Shown: piece after piece, positions 42,901-58,700 of the stretch
How positions within the stretch are numbered: position 1 is the first letter of the stretch
How the letters are laid out: each line of letters opens with the position of its first letter
Position numbers and translations under genes: made by a program
Origin: Auanema rhodensis
Taxonomy: Eukaryota > Animalia > Nematoda
DNA: 64,000 nt
Direction: 5' to 3'
Assembly: GCA_964057225.1 (NCBI GenBank)
Contig: OZ059897.1
Location: 21,452,001-21,516,000 of the forward strand
Notes under the pieces: generated by a model
Told to the model about the DNA's origin: nothing
Database searches by the model: none
The model's input: the letters and a program-made list of their open reading frames with translations, nothing else

Positions 42901-43293
42901 GTCTAAAAACAAATTTTTATTGATTTTGGTCATGGTAACCATGACTTTGAAATTTACGTGAACTTTAATTTATGCTAATTAAATGTACACGTGATGTGCA
43001 CTTGGTATGTAACTCGCTTCACGTGAAAGATGAAGAGGTGCGGTTTTCAAAATTAGATTCCCCATGTCCATATTAGTCTAAAAACAAATTTTTATTGATA
43101 TTGGTGCATGGTAACCATGACTTTGAAATTTACGTGAACTTTAATTTATGCTAATTAAATGTACACGTGATGTGCACTTGGTATGTAACTCGCTTCACGT
43201 GAAAGATAAAGAGATGCGGTTTTTAAAATTAGATTCCCCATGTCCATATTAGTCTAAAAACAAATTTTTATTGATATTGGTGCATGGTAACCA

Positions 43294-44173
43294 TGACTTT
43301 GAAATTTACGTGAACTTTAATTTATGCTAATTAAATGTACACGTGATGTGCACTTGGTATGTAACTCGCTTCACGTGAAAGATAAAGAGATGCGGTTTTT
43401 AAAATTAGATTCCCCATGTCCATATTAGTCTAAAAACAAATTTTTATTGATATTGGTGCATGGTAACCATGACTTTGAAATTTACGTGAACTTTAATTTA
43501 TGCTAATTAAATGTACACGTGATGTGCACTTGGTATGTAACTCGCTTCACGTGAAAGATGAAGAGATGCGGTTTTCATAATTAGATTTCCCATGTCCATA
43601 TTAGTCTAAAAACAAATTTTTATTGATATTGGTTCATGGTAACCATGACTTTGAAATTTACGTGAACTTTAATTTATGCTAATTAAATGTACACGTGATG
43701 TGCACTTGGTATGTAACTCGCTTCACGTGAAAGATAAAGAGATGCGGTTTTCAAAATTAGATTCCCCATGTCCATATTAGTCTAAAAACAAATTTTTATT
43801 GATATTGGTGCATGGTAACCATGACTTTGAAATTTACGTGAACTTTAATTTATGCTAATTAAATGTACACGTGATGTGCACTTGGTATGTAACTCGCTTC
43901 ACGTGAAAGATAAAGAGATGCGGTTTTTAAAATTAGATTCCCCATGTCCATATTAGTCTAAAAACAAATTTTTATTGATATTGGTGCATGGTAACCATGA
44001 CTTTGAAATTTACGTGAACTTTAATTTATGCTAATTAAATGTACACGTGATGTGCACTTGGTATGTAACTCGCTTCACGTGAAAGATGAAGAGATGCGGT
44101 TTTCATAATTAGATTTCCCATGTCCATATTAGTCTAAAAACAAATTTTTATTGATATTGGTTCATGGTAACCA
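43294..44173 (+). repeat. 3-mer-period (528 bp) local duplication
   Basis: The pair [GTTTTTAAA][GATGAAG+TTCATAA+ATTTCCC] starts at 43294 and again at 43822. Confidence 0.8.
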
Positions 44174-47100
44174 TGACTTTGAAATTTACGTGAACTTTAA
44201 TTTATGCTAATTAAATGTACACGTGATGTGCACTTGGTATGTAACTCGCTTCACGTGAAAGATAAAGAGATTCGGTTTTCAAAATTAGATTCCCCATGTC
44301 CATATTAGTCTAAAAACAAATTTTTATTGATATTGGTTCATGGTAACCATGACTTTGAAATTTACGTGAACTTTAATTTATGCTAATTAAATGTACACGT
44401 GATGTGCACTTGGTATGTAACTCGCTTCACGTGAAAGATAAAGAGATGCGGTTTTCAAAATTAGATTCCCCATGTCCATATTAGTCTAAAAACAAATTTT
44501 TATTGATATTGGTTCATGGTAACCATGACTTTGAAATTTACGTGAACTTTAATTTATGCTAATTAAATGTACACGTGATGTGCACTTGGTATGTAACTCG
44601 CTCCACGTGAAAGATAAAGAGATGCGGTTTTCAAAGTTAGATTCCCCATGTCCATATTAGTCTAAAAACAAATTTTTATTGATATTGGTGCATGGTAACC
44701 ATGACTTTGAAATTTACGTGAACTTTAATTTATGCTAATTAAATGTACACGTGATGTGCACTTGGTATGTAACTCGCTTCACGTGAAAGATAAAGAAATG
44801 CGGTTTTCAAAATTAGATTCCCCATGTCCATATTAGTCTAAAAACAAATTTTTATTGATTTTGGTTCATGGTAACCATGACTTTGAAATTTACGTGAACT
44901 TTAATTTATGCTAATTAAATGTACACGTGATGTGCACTTGGTATGTAACTCGCTTCACGTGAAAGATAAAGAGATTCGGTTTTCAAAATTAGATTCCCCA
45001 TGTCCATATTAGTCTAAAAACAAATTTTTATTGATATTGGTTCATGGTAACCATGACTTTGAAATTTACGTGAACTTTAATTTATGCTAATTAAATAAAC
45101 ACGTGATGTGCACTTGGTATGTAACTCGCTTCACGTGAAAGATAAAGAGATGCGGTTTTCAAAATTAGATTCCCCATGTCCATATTAGTCTAAAAACAAA
45201 TTTTTATTGATATTGGTTCATGGTAACCATGACTTTGAAATTCACGTGAACTTTAATTTATGCTAATTAAATGTACACGTGATGTGCACTTGGTATGTAA
45301 CTCGCTTCACGTGAAAGATAAAGAGATGCGGTTTTCAAAATTAGATTCCCCATGTCCATATTAGTCTAAAAACAAATTTTTATTGATATTGGTTCATGGT
45401 AACCATGACTTTGAAATTTACGTGAACTTTAATTTATGCTAATTAAATGTACACGTGATGTGCACTTGGTATGTAACTCGCTTCACGTGAAAGATAAAGA
45501 GATGCGGTTTTCAAAATTAGATTCCCCATGTCCATATTAGTCTAAAAACAAATTTTTATTGATATTGGTTCATGGTAACCATGACTTTGAAATTTACGTG
45601 AACTTTAATTTATGCTAATTAAATGTACACGTGATGTGCACTTGGTATGTAACTCGCTTCACGTGAAAGATCAAGAAATGCGGTTTTCAAAATTAGATTC
45701 CCCATGTCCATATTAGTCTAAAAACAAATTTTTATTGATATTGGTGCATGGTAACCATGACTTTGAAATTTACGTGAACTTTAATTTATGCTAATTAAAT
45801 GTACACGTGATATGCTCTTGGTATGTAACTTGCTTCACGTGAAAGATAAAGAGATGCGGTTTTCAAAATTAGATTCTTCATGTCCATATTAGTCTAAAAA
45901 CAAATTTTCATTGATATTGGTTCATGGTAACCATGACTTTGAAATTTACGTGAACTTTAATTTATGCTAATTAAATGTACACGTGCTGTGCACTTGGTAT
46001 GTAACTCGCTTCACGTGAAAGATAAAGAGATGCGGTTTTCAAAATTAGATTCCCCATGTCCATATTAGTCTAAAAACAAATTTTTATTGATATTGGTTCA
46101 TGGTAACCATGACTTTGAAATTTACGTGAACTTTAATTTATGCTAATTAAATGTACACGTGATGTGCACTTGGTATGTAACTCGCTCCACGTGAAAGATA
46201 AAGAGATGCGGTTTTCAAAGTTAGATTCCCCATGTCCATATTAGTCTAAAAACAAATTTTTATTGATATTGGTGCATGGTAACCATGACTTTGAAATTTA
46301 CGTGAACTTTAATTTATGCTAATTAAATGTACACGTGATGTGCACTTGGTATGTAACTCGCTTCACGTAAAAAATAAAGAGATGCGGTTTTCAAAATTAG
46401 ATTCCCCATGTCCATATTAGTCTAAAAACAAATTTTTATTGATATTGGTTCATGGTAACCATGACTTTGAAATTTACGTGAACTTTAATTTATGCTAATT
46501 AAATGTACACGTGATGTGCACTTGGTATGTAACTCGCTTCACGTGAAAGATAAAGAGATGCGGTTTTCAAAATTAGATTCCCCATGTCCATATTAGTCTA
46601 AAAACAAATTTTTATTGATATTGGTGCATGGTAACCATGACTTTGAAATTTACGTGAACTTTAATTTATGCTAATTAAATGTACACGTGATGTGCACTTG
46701 GTATGGAACTCGCTTCACGTGAAAGATAAAGAGATGCGGTTTTCAAAATTAGATTCCCCATGTCCATATTAGTTCAAAAACAAATTTTTATTGATTTTGG
46801 TTCATGGTAACCATGACTTTGAAATTTACGTGAACTTTAATTTATGCTAATTAAATGTACACGTGATGTGCACTTGGTATGTAACTCGCTTCACGTGAAA
46901 GATAAAGAGATTCGGTTTTCAAAATTAGATTCCCCATGTCCATATTAGTCTAAAAACAAATTTTTATTGATATTGGTGCATGGTAACCATGACTTTGAAA
47001 TTTACGTGAACTTTAATTTATGCTAATTAAATGTACACGTGATGTGCACTTGGTATGGAACTCGCTTCACGTGAAAGATAAAGAGATGCGGTTTTCAAAA

Positions 47101-50100
47101 TTAGATTCCCCATGTCCATATTAGTCTAAAAACAAATTTTTATTGATTTTGGTTCATGGTAACCATGACTTTGAAATTTACGTGAACTTTAATTTATGCT
47201 AATTAAATGTACACGTGATGTGCACTTGGTTTGTAACTCGCTTCACGTGAAAGATAAAGAGATTCGGTTTTCAAAATTAGATTCCCCATGTCCATATTAG
47301 TCTAAAAACAAATTTTTATTGATATTGGTTCATGGTAACCATGACTTTGAAATTTACGTGAACTTTAATTTATGCTAATTAAATGTACACGTGATGTGCA
47401 CTTGGTATGTAACTCGCTCCACGTAAAAGATAAAGAGATGCGGTTTTCAAAATTAGATTCCCCATGTCCATATTAGTCTAAAAACAAATTTTTATTGATA
47501 TTGGTTCATGGTAACCATGACTTTGAAATTTACGTGAACTTTAATTTATGCTAATTAAATGTACACGTGATGTGCACTTGGTATGTAACTCGCTCCACGT
47601 GAAAGATAAAGAGATGCGGTTTTCAAAGTTAGATTCCCCATGTCCATATTAGTCTAAAAACAAATTTTTATTGATATTGGTGCATGGTAACCATGACTTT
47701 GAAATTTACGTGAACTTTAATTTATGCTAATTAAATGTACACGTGATGTGCACTTGGTATGTAACTCGCTTCACGTGAAAGATAAAGAGATGCGGTTTTC
47801 AATATTAGATTCCCCATGTCCATATTAGTCTAAAAACAAATTTTTATTGATTTCGGTTCATGGTAACCATGACTTTGAAATTTACGTGAACTTTAATCTA
47901 TGCTAATTAAATGTACACGTGATGTGCACTTGGTATGTAACTCGCTTCACGTGAAAGATAAAGAGATTCGGTTTTCAAAATTAGATTCCCCATGTCCATA
48001 TTAGTCTAAAAACAAATTTTTATTGATATTGGTGCATGGTAACCATGACTTTGAAATTTACGTGAACTTTAATTTATGCTAATTAAATGTACACGTGATG
48101 TGCACTTGGTATGTAACTCGCTTCACGTGAAAGATAAAGAGATGCGGTTTTCAAAATTAGATTCCCCATGTCCATATTAGTCTAAAAACAAATTTTTATT
48201 GATATTGGTGCATGGTAACCATGACTTTGAAATTTACGTGAACTTTAATTTATGCTAATTAAATGTACACGTGATGTGCACTTGGTATGGAACTCGCTTC
48301 ACGTGAAAGATAAAGAGATACGGTTTTCAAAATTAGATTCCCCATGTCCATATTAGTCTAAAAACAAATTTTTATTGATTTTGGTTCATGGTAACCATGA
48401 CTTTGAAATTTACGTGAACTTTAATTTATGCTAATTAAATGTACACGTGATGTGCACTTGGTATGTAACTCGCTTCACGTGAAAGATAAAGAGATTCGGT
48501 TTTCAAAATTAGATTCCCCATGTCCATATTAGTCTAAAAACAAATTTTTATTGATATTGGTGCATAGTAACCATGACTTTGAAATTTACGTGAACTTTAA
48601 TTTATGCTAATTAAATGTACACGTGATGTGCACTTGGTATGTAACTCGCTTCACGTGAAAGATGAAGAGGTGCGGTTTTCAAAATTAGATTCCCCATGTC
48701 CATATTAGTCTAAAAACAAATTTTTATTGATATTGGTGCATGGTAACCATGACTTTGAAATTTACGTGAACTTTAATTTATGCTAATTAAATGTACACGT
48801 GATGTGCACTTGGTATGTAACTCGCTTCACGTGAAAGATAAAGAGATGCGGTTTTTAAAATTAGATTCCCCATGTCCATATTAGTCTAAAAACAAATTTT
48901 TATTGATATTGGTGCATGGTAACCATGACTTTGAAATTTACGTGAACTTTAATTTATGCTAATTAAATGTACACGTGATGTGCACTTGGTATGTAACTCG
49001 CTTCACGTGAAAGATGAAGAGATGCGGTTTTCAAAATCAGATTCCCCATGTCCATATTAGTCTAAAAACAAATTTTTATTGATATTGGTGCATGGTAACC
49101 ATGACTTTGAAATTTACGTGAACTTTAATTTATGCTAATTAAATAAACACGTGATGTGCACTTGGTATGTAACTCGCTTCACGTGAAAGATAAAGAGATG
49201 CGGTTTTCAAAATTAGATTCCCCATGTCCATATTAGTCTAAAAACAAATTTTTATTGATATTGGTTCATGGTAACCATGACTTTGAAATTTACGTGAACT
49301 TTAATTTATGCTAATTAAATGTACACGTGATGTGCACTTGGTATGTAACTCGCTTCACGTGAAAGATAAAGAGATGCGGTTTTCAAAATTAGATTCCCCA
49401 TGTCCATATTAGTCTAAAAACAAATTTTTATTGATATTGGTTCATGGTAACCATGACTTTGAAATTTACGTGAACTTTAATTTATGCTAATTAAATGTAC
49501 ACGTGATGTGCACTTGGTATGTAACTCGCTTCACGTGAAAGATCAAGAAATGCGGTTTTCAAAATTAGATTCCCCATGTCCATATTAGTCTAAAAACAAA
49601 TTTTTATTGATATTGGTGCATGGTAACCATGACTTTGAAATTTACGTGAACTTTAATTTATGCTAATTAAATGTACACGTGATATGCACTTGGTATGTAA
49701 CTTGCTTCACGTGAAAGATAAAGAGATGCGGTTTTCAAAATTAGATTCTTCATGTCCATATTAGTCTAAAAACAAATTTTTATTGATATTGGTTCATGGT
49801 AACCATGACTTTGAAATTTACGTGAACTTTAATTTATGCTAATTAAATGTACACGTGCTGTGCACTTGGTATGTAACTCGCTTCACGTGAAAGATAAAGA
49901 GATGCGGTTTTCAAAATTAGATTCCCCATGTCCATATTAGTCTAAAAACAAATTTTTATTGATACTGGTTCATGGTAACCATGACTTTGAAATTTAAGTG
50001 AACTTTAATTTATGCTAATTAAATGTACACGTGATGTGCCCTTGGTATGTAACTCGCTTCACGTGAAAGATAAAGAGATGCGGTTTTCAAAATTAGATTC

Positions 50101-50685
50101 CCCATGTCCATATTAGTCTAAAAACAAATTTTTATTGATATTGGTGCATGGTAACCATGACTTTGAAATTTACGTGAACTTTAATTTATGCTAATTAAAT
50201 GTACACGTGATGTGCACTTGGTATGTAACTCGCTTCACGTGAAAGATAAAGAGATTCGGTTTTCAAAATTAGATTCCCCATGTCCATATTAGTCTAAAAA
50301 CAAATTTTTATTGATATTGGTTCATGGTAACCATGACTTTGAAATTTACGTGAACTTTAATTTATGCTAATTAAATGTACACGTGATGTGCACTTGGTAT
50401 GTAACTCGCTCCACGTGAAAGATAAAGAGATGCGGTTTTCAAAATTAGATTCCCCATGTCCATATTAGTCTAAAAACGAATTTTTATTGATATTGGTGCA
50501 TGGTAACCATGACTTTGAAATTTACGTGAACTTTAATTTATGCTAATTAAATGTACACGTGATGTGCACTTGGTATGTAACTCGCTTCACGTAAAAAATA
50601 AAGAGATGCGGTTTTCAAAATTAGATTCCCCATGTCCATATTAGTCTAAAAACAAATTTTTATTGATATTGGTGCATGGTAACCA

Positions 50686-52797
50686 TGACTTTGAAATTTA
50701 CGTGAACTTTAATTTATGCTAATTAAATGTACACGTGATGTGCACTTGGTATGTAACTCGCTTCACGTGAAAGATGAAGAGATGCGGTTTTCAAAATCAG
50801 ATTCCCCATGTCCATATTAGTCTAAAAACAAATTTTTATTGATATTGGTGCATGGTAACCATGACTTTGAAGTTTACGTGAACTTTAATTTATGCTAATT
50901 AAATGTACACGTGATGTGCACTTGGTATGTAACTCGCTTCACGTGAAAGATAAAGAGATGCGGTTTTCAAAATTAGATTTCCCATGTCCATATTAGTCTA
51001 AAAACAAATTTTTATTGATATTGGTGCATGGTAACCATGACTTTGAAGTTTACGTGAACTTTAATTTATGCTAATTAAATGTACACGTGATGTGCACTTG
51101 GTATGTAACTCGCTTCACGTGAAAGATAAAGAGATTCGGTTTTCAAAATTAGATTCCCCATGTCCATATTAGTCTAAAAACAAATTTTTATTGATATTGG
51201 TTCATGGTAACCATGACTTTGAAATTTACGTGAACTTTAATTTATGCTAATTAAATGTACACGTGATGTGCACTTGGTATGTAACTCGCTTCACGTGAAA
51301 GATAAAGAGATTCGGTTTTCAAAATTAGATTCCCCATGTCCATATTAGTCTAAAAACAAATTTTTATTGATATTGGTTCATGGTAACCATGACTTTGAAA
51401 TTTACGTGAACTTTAATTTATGCTAATTAAATGTACACGTGATGTGCACTTGGTATGTAACTCGCTCCACGTGAAAGATAAAGAGATGCGGTTTTCAAAA
51501 TTAGATTCCCCATGTCCATATTAGTTCAAAAACAAATTTTTATTGATTTTGGTTCATGGTAACCATGACTTTGAAATTTACGTGAACTTTAATTTATGCT
51601 AATTAAATGTACACGTGATGTGCACTTGGTATGTAACTCGCTTCACGTGAAAGATAAAGAGATTCGGTTTTCAAAATTAGATTCCCCATGTCCATATTAG
51701 TCTAAAAACAAATTTTTATTGATATTGGTGCATGGTAACCATGACTTTGAAATTTACGTGAACTTTAATTTATGCTAATTAAATGTACACGTGATGTGCA
51801 CTTGGTATGTAACTCGCTTCACGTGAAAGATGAAGAGATGCGGTTTTCAAAATCAGATTCCCCATGTCCATATTAGTCTAAAAACAAATTTTTATTGATA
51901 TTGGTGCATGGTAACCATGACTTTGAAGTTTACGTGAACTTTAATTTATGCTAATTAAATGTACACGTGATGTGCACTTGGTATGTAACTCGCTTCACGT
52001 GAAAGATAAAGAGATGCGGTTTTCAAAATTAGATTTCCCATGTCCATATTAGTCTAAAAACAAATTTTTATTGATATTGGTGCATGGTAACCATGACTTT
52101 GAAGTTTACGTGAACTTTAATTTATGCTAATTAAATGTACACGTGATGTGCACTTGGTATGTAACTCGCTTCACGTGAAAGATAAAGAGATTCGGTTTTC
52201 AAAATTAGATTCCCCATGTCCATATTAGTCTAAAAACAAATTTTTATTGATATTGGTTCATGGTAACCATGACTTTGAAATTTACGTGAACTTTAATTTA
52301 TGCTAATTAAATGTACACGTGATGTGCACTTGGTATGTAACTCGCTTCACGTGAAAGATAAAGAGATTCGGTTTTCAAAATTAGATTCCCCATGTCCATA
52401 TTAGTCTAAAAACAAATTTTTATTGATATTGGTTCATGGTAACCATGACTTTGAAATTTACGTGAACTTTAATTTATGCTAATTAAATGTACACGTGATG
52501 TGCACTTGGTATGTAACTCGCTCCACGTGAAAGATAAAGAGATGCGGTTTTCAAAATTAGATTCCCCATGTCCATATTAGTTCAAAAACAAATTTTTATT
52601 GATTTTGGTTCATGGTAACCATGACTTTGAAATTTACGTGAACTTTAATTTATGCTAATTAAATGTACACGTGATGTGCACTTGGTATGTAACTCGCTTC
52701 ACGTGAAAGATAAAGAGATTCGGTTTTCAAAATTAGATTCCCCATGTCCATATTAGTCTAAAAACAAATTTTTATTGATATTGGTGCATGGTAACCA
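50686..52797 (+). repeat. 6-mer (1056 bp) tandem duplication
   Basis: The order [GATGAAG+AATCAG][GAAGTTT+TTTCCC][GAAGTTT+ATTCGG][ATTCGG][CTCCAC+GTTCAAA+GATTTTGG][ATTCGG] starts at 50686 and 51742. Confidence 0.9.
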
Positions 52798-55700
52798 TGA
52801 CTTTGAAATTTACGTGAACTTTAATTTATGCTAATTAAATGTACACGTGATGTGCACTTGGTATGGAACTCGCTTCACGTGAAAGATAAAGAGATGCGGT
52901 TTTCAAAATTAGATTCCCCATGTCCATATTAGTCTAAAAACAAATTTTTATTGATTTTGGTTCATGGTAACCATGACTTTGAAATTTACGTGAACTTTAA
53001 TTTATGCTAATTAAATGTACACGTGATGTGCACTTGGTATGTAACTCGCTTCACGTGAAAGATAAAGAGATTCGGTTTTCAAAATTAGATTCCCCATGTC
53101 CATATTAGTCTAAAAACAAATTTTTATTGATATTGGTGCATGGTAACCATGACTTTGAAATTTACGTGAACTTTAATTTATGCTAATTAAATGTACACGT
53201 GATGTGCACTTGGTATGTAACTCGCTTCACGTGAAAGATAAAGAGATTCGGTTTTCAAAATTAGATTCCCCATGTCCATATTAGTCTAAAAACAAATTTT
53301 TATTGATATTGGTTCATGGTAACCATGACTTTGAAATTTACGTGAACTTTAATTTATGCTAATTAAATGTACACGTGATGTGCACTTGGTATGTAACTCG
53401 CTCCACGTGAAAGATAAAGAGATGCGGTTTTCAAAATTAGATTCCCCATGTCCATATTAGTCTAAAAACAAATTTTTATTGATATTGGTTCATGGTAACC
53501 ATGACTTTGAAATTTACGTGAACTTTAATTTATGCTAATTAAATGTACACGTGATGTGCACTTGGTATGTAACTCGCTCCACGTGAAAGATAAAGAGATG
53601 CGGTTTTCAAAATTAGATTCCCCATGTCCATATTAGTCTAAAAACAAATTTTTATTGATATTGGTGCATGGTAACCATGACTTTGAAATTTACGTGAACT
53701 TTAATTTATGCTAATTAAATGTACACGTGATGTGCACTTGGTATGTAACTCGCTTCACGTAAAAAATAAAGAGATGCGGTTTTCAAAATTAGATTCCCCA
53801 TGTCCATATTAGTCTAAAAACAAATTTTTATTGATATTGGTTCATGGTAACCATGACTTTGAAATTTACGTGAACTTTAATTTATGCTAATTAAATGTAC
53901 ACGTGATGTGCACTTGGTATGTAACTCGCTTCACGTGAAAGATAAAGAGATGCGGTTTTCAAAATTAGATTCCCCATGTCCATATTAGTCTAAAAACAAA
54001 TTTTTATTGATTTTGGTTCATGGTAACCATGACTTTGAAATTTACGTGAACTTTAATTTATGCTAATTAAATGTACACGTGATGTGCACTTGGTATGTAA
54101 CTCGCTTCACGTGAAAGATAAAGAGATTCGGTTTTCAAAATTAGATTCCCCATGTCCATATTAGTCTAAAAACAAATTTTTATTGATATTGGTGCATGGT
54201 AACCATGACTTTGAAATTTACGTGAACTTTAATTTATGCTAATTAAATGTACACGTGATGTGCACTTGGTATGGAACTCGCTTCACGTGAAAGATAAAGA
54301 GATGCGGTTTTCAAAATTAGATTCCCCATGTCCATATTAGTCTAAAAACAAATTTTTATTGATTTTGGTTCATGGTAACCATGACTTTGAAATTTACGTG
54401 AACTTTAATTTATGCTAATTAAATGTACACGTGATGTGCACTTGGTATGTAACTCGCTTCACGTGAAAGATAAAGAGATTCGGTTTTCAAAATTAGATTC
54501 CCCATGTCCATATTAGTCTAAAAACAAATTTTTATTGATATTGGTGCATGGTAACCATGACTTTGAAATTTACGTGAACTTTAATTTATGCTAATTAAAT
54601 GTACACGTGATGTGCACTTGGTATGTAACTCGCTTCACGTGAAAGATAAAGAGATGCGGTTTTCAAAATTAGATTCCCCATGTCCATATTAGTCTAAAAA
54701 CAAATTTTTATTGATATTGGTGCATGGTAACCATGACTTTGAAATTTACGTGAACTTTAATTTATGCTAATTAAATGTACACGTGATGTGCACTTGGTAT
54801 GGAACTCGCTTCACGTGAAAGATAAAGAGATGCGGTTTTCAAAATTAGATTCCCCATGTCCATATTAGTTCAAAAACAAATTTTTATTGATTTTGGTTCA
54901 TGGTAACCATGACTTTGAAATTTACGTGAACTTTAATTTATGCTAATTAAATGTACACGTGATGTGCACTTGGTATGTAACTCGCTTCACGTGAAAGATA
55001 AAGAGATTCGGTTTTCAAAATTAGATTCCCCATGTCCATATTAGTCTAAAAACAAATTTTTATTGATATTGGTGCATGGTAACCATGACTTTGAAATTTA
55101 CGTGAACTTTAATTTATGCTAATTAAATGTACACGTGATGTGCACTTGGTATGGAACTCGCTTCACGTGAAAGATAAAGAGATGCGGTTTTCAAAATTAG
55201 ATTCCCCATGTCCATATTAGTCTAAAAACAAATTTTTATTGATTTTGGTTCATGGTAACCATGACTTTGAAATTTACGTGAACTTTAATTTATGCTAATT
55301 AAATGTACACGTGATGTGCACTTGGTATGTAACTCGCTTCACGTGAAAGATAAAGAGATTCGGTTTTCAAAATTAGATTCCTCATGTCCATATTAGTCTA
55401 AAAACAAATTTTTATTGATATTGGTGCATGGTAACCATGACTTTGAAATTTACGTGAACTTTAATTTATGCTAATTAAATGTACACGTGATGTGCACTTG
55501 GTATGTAACTCGCTTCACGTGAAAGATAAAGAGATTCGGTTTTCAAAATTAGATTCCCCATGTCCATATTAGTCTAAAAACAAATTTTTATTGATATTGG
55601 TTCATGGTAACCATGACTTTGAAATTTACGTGAACTTTAATTTATGCTAATTAAATGTACACGTGATGTGCACTTGGTATGTAACTCGCTCCACGTGAAA

Positions 55701-58700
55701 GATAAAGAGATGCGGTTTTCAAAATTAGATTCCCCATGTCCATATTAGTCTAAAAACAAATTTTTATTGATATTGGTGCATGGTAACCATGACTTTGAAA
55801 TTTACGTGAACTTTAATTTATGCTAATTAAATGTACACGTGATGTGCACTTGGTATGTAACTCGCTTCACGTTAAAAATAAAGAGATGCGGTTTTCAAAA
55901 TTAGATTCCCCATGTCCATATTAGTCTAAAAACAAATTTTTATTGATATTGGTTCATGGTAACCATGACTTTGAAATTTACGTGAACTTTAATTTATGCT
56001 AATTAAATGTACACGTGATGTGCACTTGGTATGTAACTCGCTTCACGTGAAAGATAAAGAGATGCGGTTTTCAAAATTAGATTCCCCATGTCCATATTAG
56101 TCTAAAAACAAATTTTTATTGATATTGGTGCATGGTAACCATGACTTTGAAATTTACGTGAACTTTAATTTATGCTAATTAAATGTACACGTGATGTGCA
56201 CTTGGTATGGAACTCGCTTCACGTGAAAGATAAAGAGATGCGGTTTTCAAAATTAGATTCCCCATGTCCATATTAGTTCAAAAACAAATTTTTATTGATT
56301 TTGGTTCATGGTAACCATGACTTTGAAATTTACGTGAACTTTAATTTATGCTAATTAAATGTACACGTGATGTGCACTTGGTATGTAACTCGCTTCACGT
56401 GAAAGATAAAGAGATTCGGTTTTCAAAATTAGATTCCCCATGTCCATATTAGTCTAAAAACAAATTTTTATTGATATTGGTGCATGGTAACCATGACTTT
56501 GAAATTTACGTGAACTTTAATTTATGCTAATTAAATGTACACGTGATGTGCACTTGGTATGGAACTCGCTTCACGTGAAAGATAAAGAGATGCGGTTTTC
56601 AAAATTAGATTCCCCATGTCCATATTAGTCTAAAAACAAATTTTTATTGATTTTGGTTCATGGTAACCATGACTTTGAAATTTACGTGAACTTTAATTTA
56701 TGCTAATTAAATGTACACGTGATGTGCACTTGGTATGTAACTCGCTTCACGTGAAAGATAAAGAGATTCGGTTTTCAAAATTAGATTCCCCATGTCCATA
56801 TTAGTCTAAAAACAAATTTTTATTGATATTGGTGCATGGTAACCATGACTTTGAAATTTACGTGAACTTTAATTTATGCTAATTAAATGTACACGTGATG
56901 TGCACTTGGTATGTAACTCGCTTCACGTGAAAGATAAAGAGATGCGGTTTTCAAAATTAGATTCCCCATGTCCATATTAGTCTAAAAACAAATTTTTATT
57001 GATATTGGTGCATGGTAACCATGACTTTGAAATTTACGTGAACTTTAATTTATGCTAATTAAATGTACACGTGATGTGCACTTGGTATGTAACTCGCTTC
57101 ACGTGAAAGATAAAGAGATGCGGTTTTCAAAATTAGATTCCCCATGTCCATATTAGTCTAAAAACAAATTTTTATTGATATTGGTGCATGGTAACCATGA
57201 CTTTGAAATTTACGTGAACTTTAATTTATGCTAATTAAATGTACACGTGATGTGCACTTGGTATGGAACTCGCTTCACGTGAAAGATAAAGAGATGCGGT
57301 TTTCAAAATTAGATTCCCCATGTCCATATTAGTCTAAAAACAAATTTTTATTGATTTTGGTTCATGGTAACCATGACTTTGAAATTTACGTGAACTTTAA
57401 TTTATGCTAATTAAATGTACACGTGATGTGCACTTGGTATGTAACTCGCTTCACGTGAAAGATAAAGAGATTCGGTTTTCAAAATTAGATTCCCCATGTC
57501 CATATTAGTCTAAAAACAAATTTTTATTGATATTGGTGCATGGTAACCATGACTTTGAAATTTACGTGAACTTTAATTTATGCTAATTAAATGTACACGT
57601 GATGTGCACTTGGTATGGAACTCGCTTCACGTGAAAGATAAAGAGATGCGGTTTTCAAAATTAGATTCCCCATGTCCATATTAGTCTAAAAACAAATTTT
57701 TATTGATTTTGGTTCATGGTAACCATGACTTTGAAATTTACGTGAACTTTAATTTATGCTAATTAAATGTACACGTGATGTGCACTTGGTATGTAACTCG
57801 CTTCACGTGAAAGATAAAGAGATTCGGTTTTCAAAATTAGATTCCCCATGTCCATATTAGTCTAAAAACAAATTTTTATTGATATTGGTGCATGGTAACC
57901 ATGACTTTGAAATTTACGTGAACTTTAATTTATGCTAATTAAATGTACACGTGATGTGCACTTGGTATGTAACTCGCTTCACGTGAAAGATAAAGAGATT
58001 CGGTTTTCAAAATTAGATTCCCCATGTCCATATTAGTCTAAAAACAAATTTTTATTGATATTGGTTCATGGTAACCATGACTTTGAAATTTACGTGAACT
58101 TTAATTTATGCTAATTAAATGTACACGTGATGTGCACTTGGTATGTAACTCGCTCCACGTGAAAGATAAAGAGATGCGGTTTTCAAAATTAGATTCCCCA
58201 TGTCCATATTAGTCTAAAAACAAATTTTTATTGATATTGGTTCATGGTAACCATGACTTTGAAATTTACGTGAACTTTAATTTATGCTAATTAAATGTAC
58301 ACGTGATGTGCACTTGGTATGTAACTCGCTCCACGTGAAAGATAAAGAGATGCGGTTTTCAAAATTAGATTCCCCATGTCCATATTAGTCTAAAAACAAA
58401 TTTTTATTGATATTGGTGCATGGTAACCATGACTTTGAAATTTACGTGAACTTTAATTTATGCTAATTAAATGTACACGTGATGTGCACTTGGTATGTAA
58501 CTCGCTTCACGTAAAAAATAAAGAGATGCGGTTTTCAAAATTAGATTCCCCATGTCCATATTAGTCTAAAAACAAATTTTTATTGATATTGGTTCATGGT
58601 AACCATGACTTTGAAATTTACGTGAACTTTAATTTATGCTAATTAAATGTACACGTGATGTGCACTTGGTATGTAACTCGCTTCACGTGAAAGATAAAGA

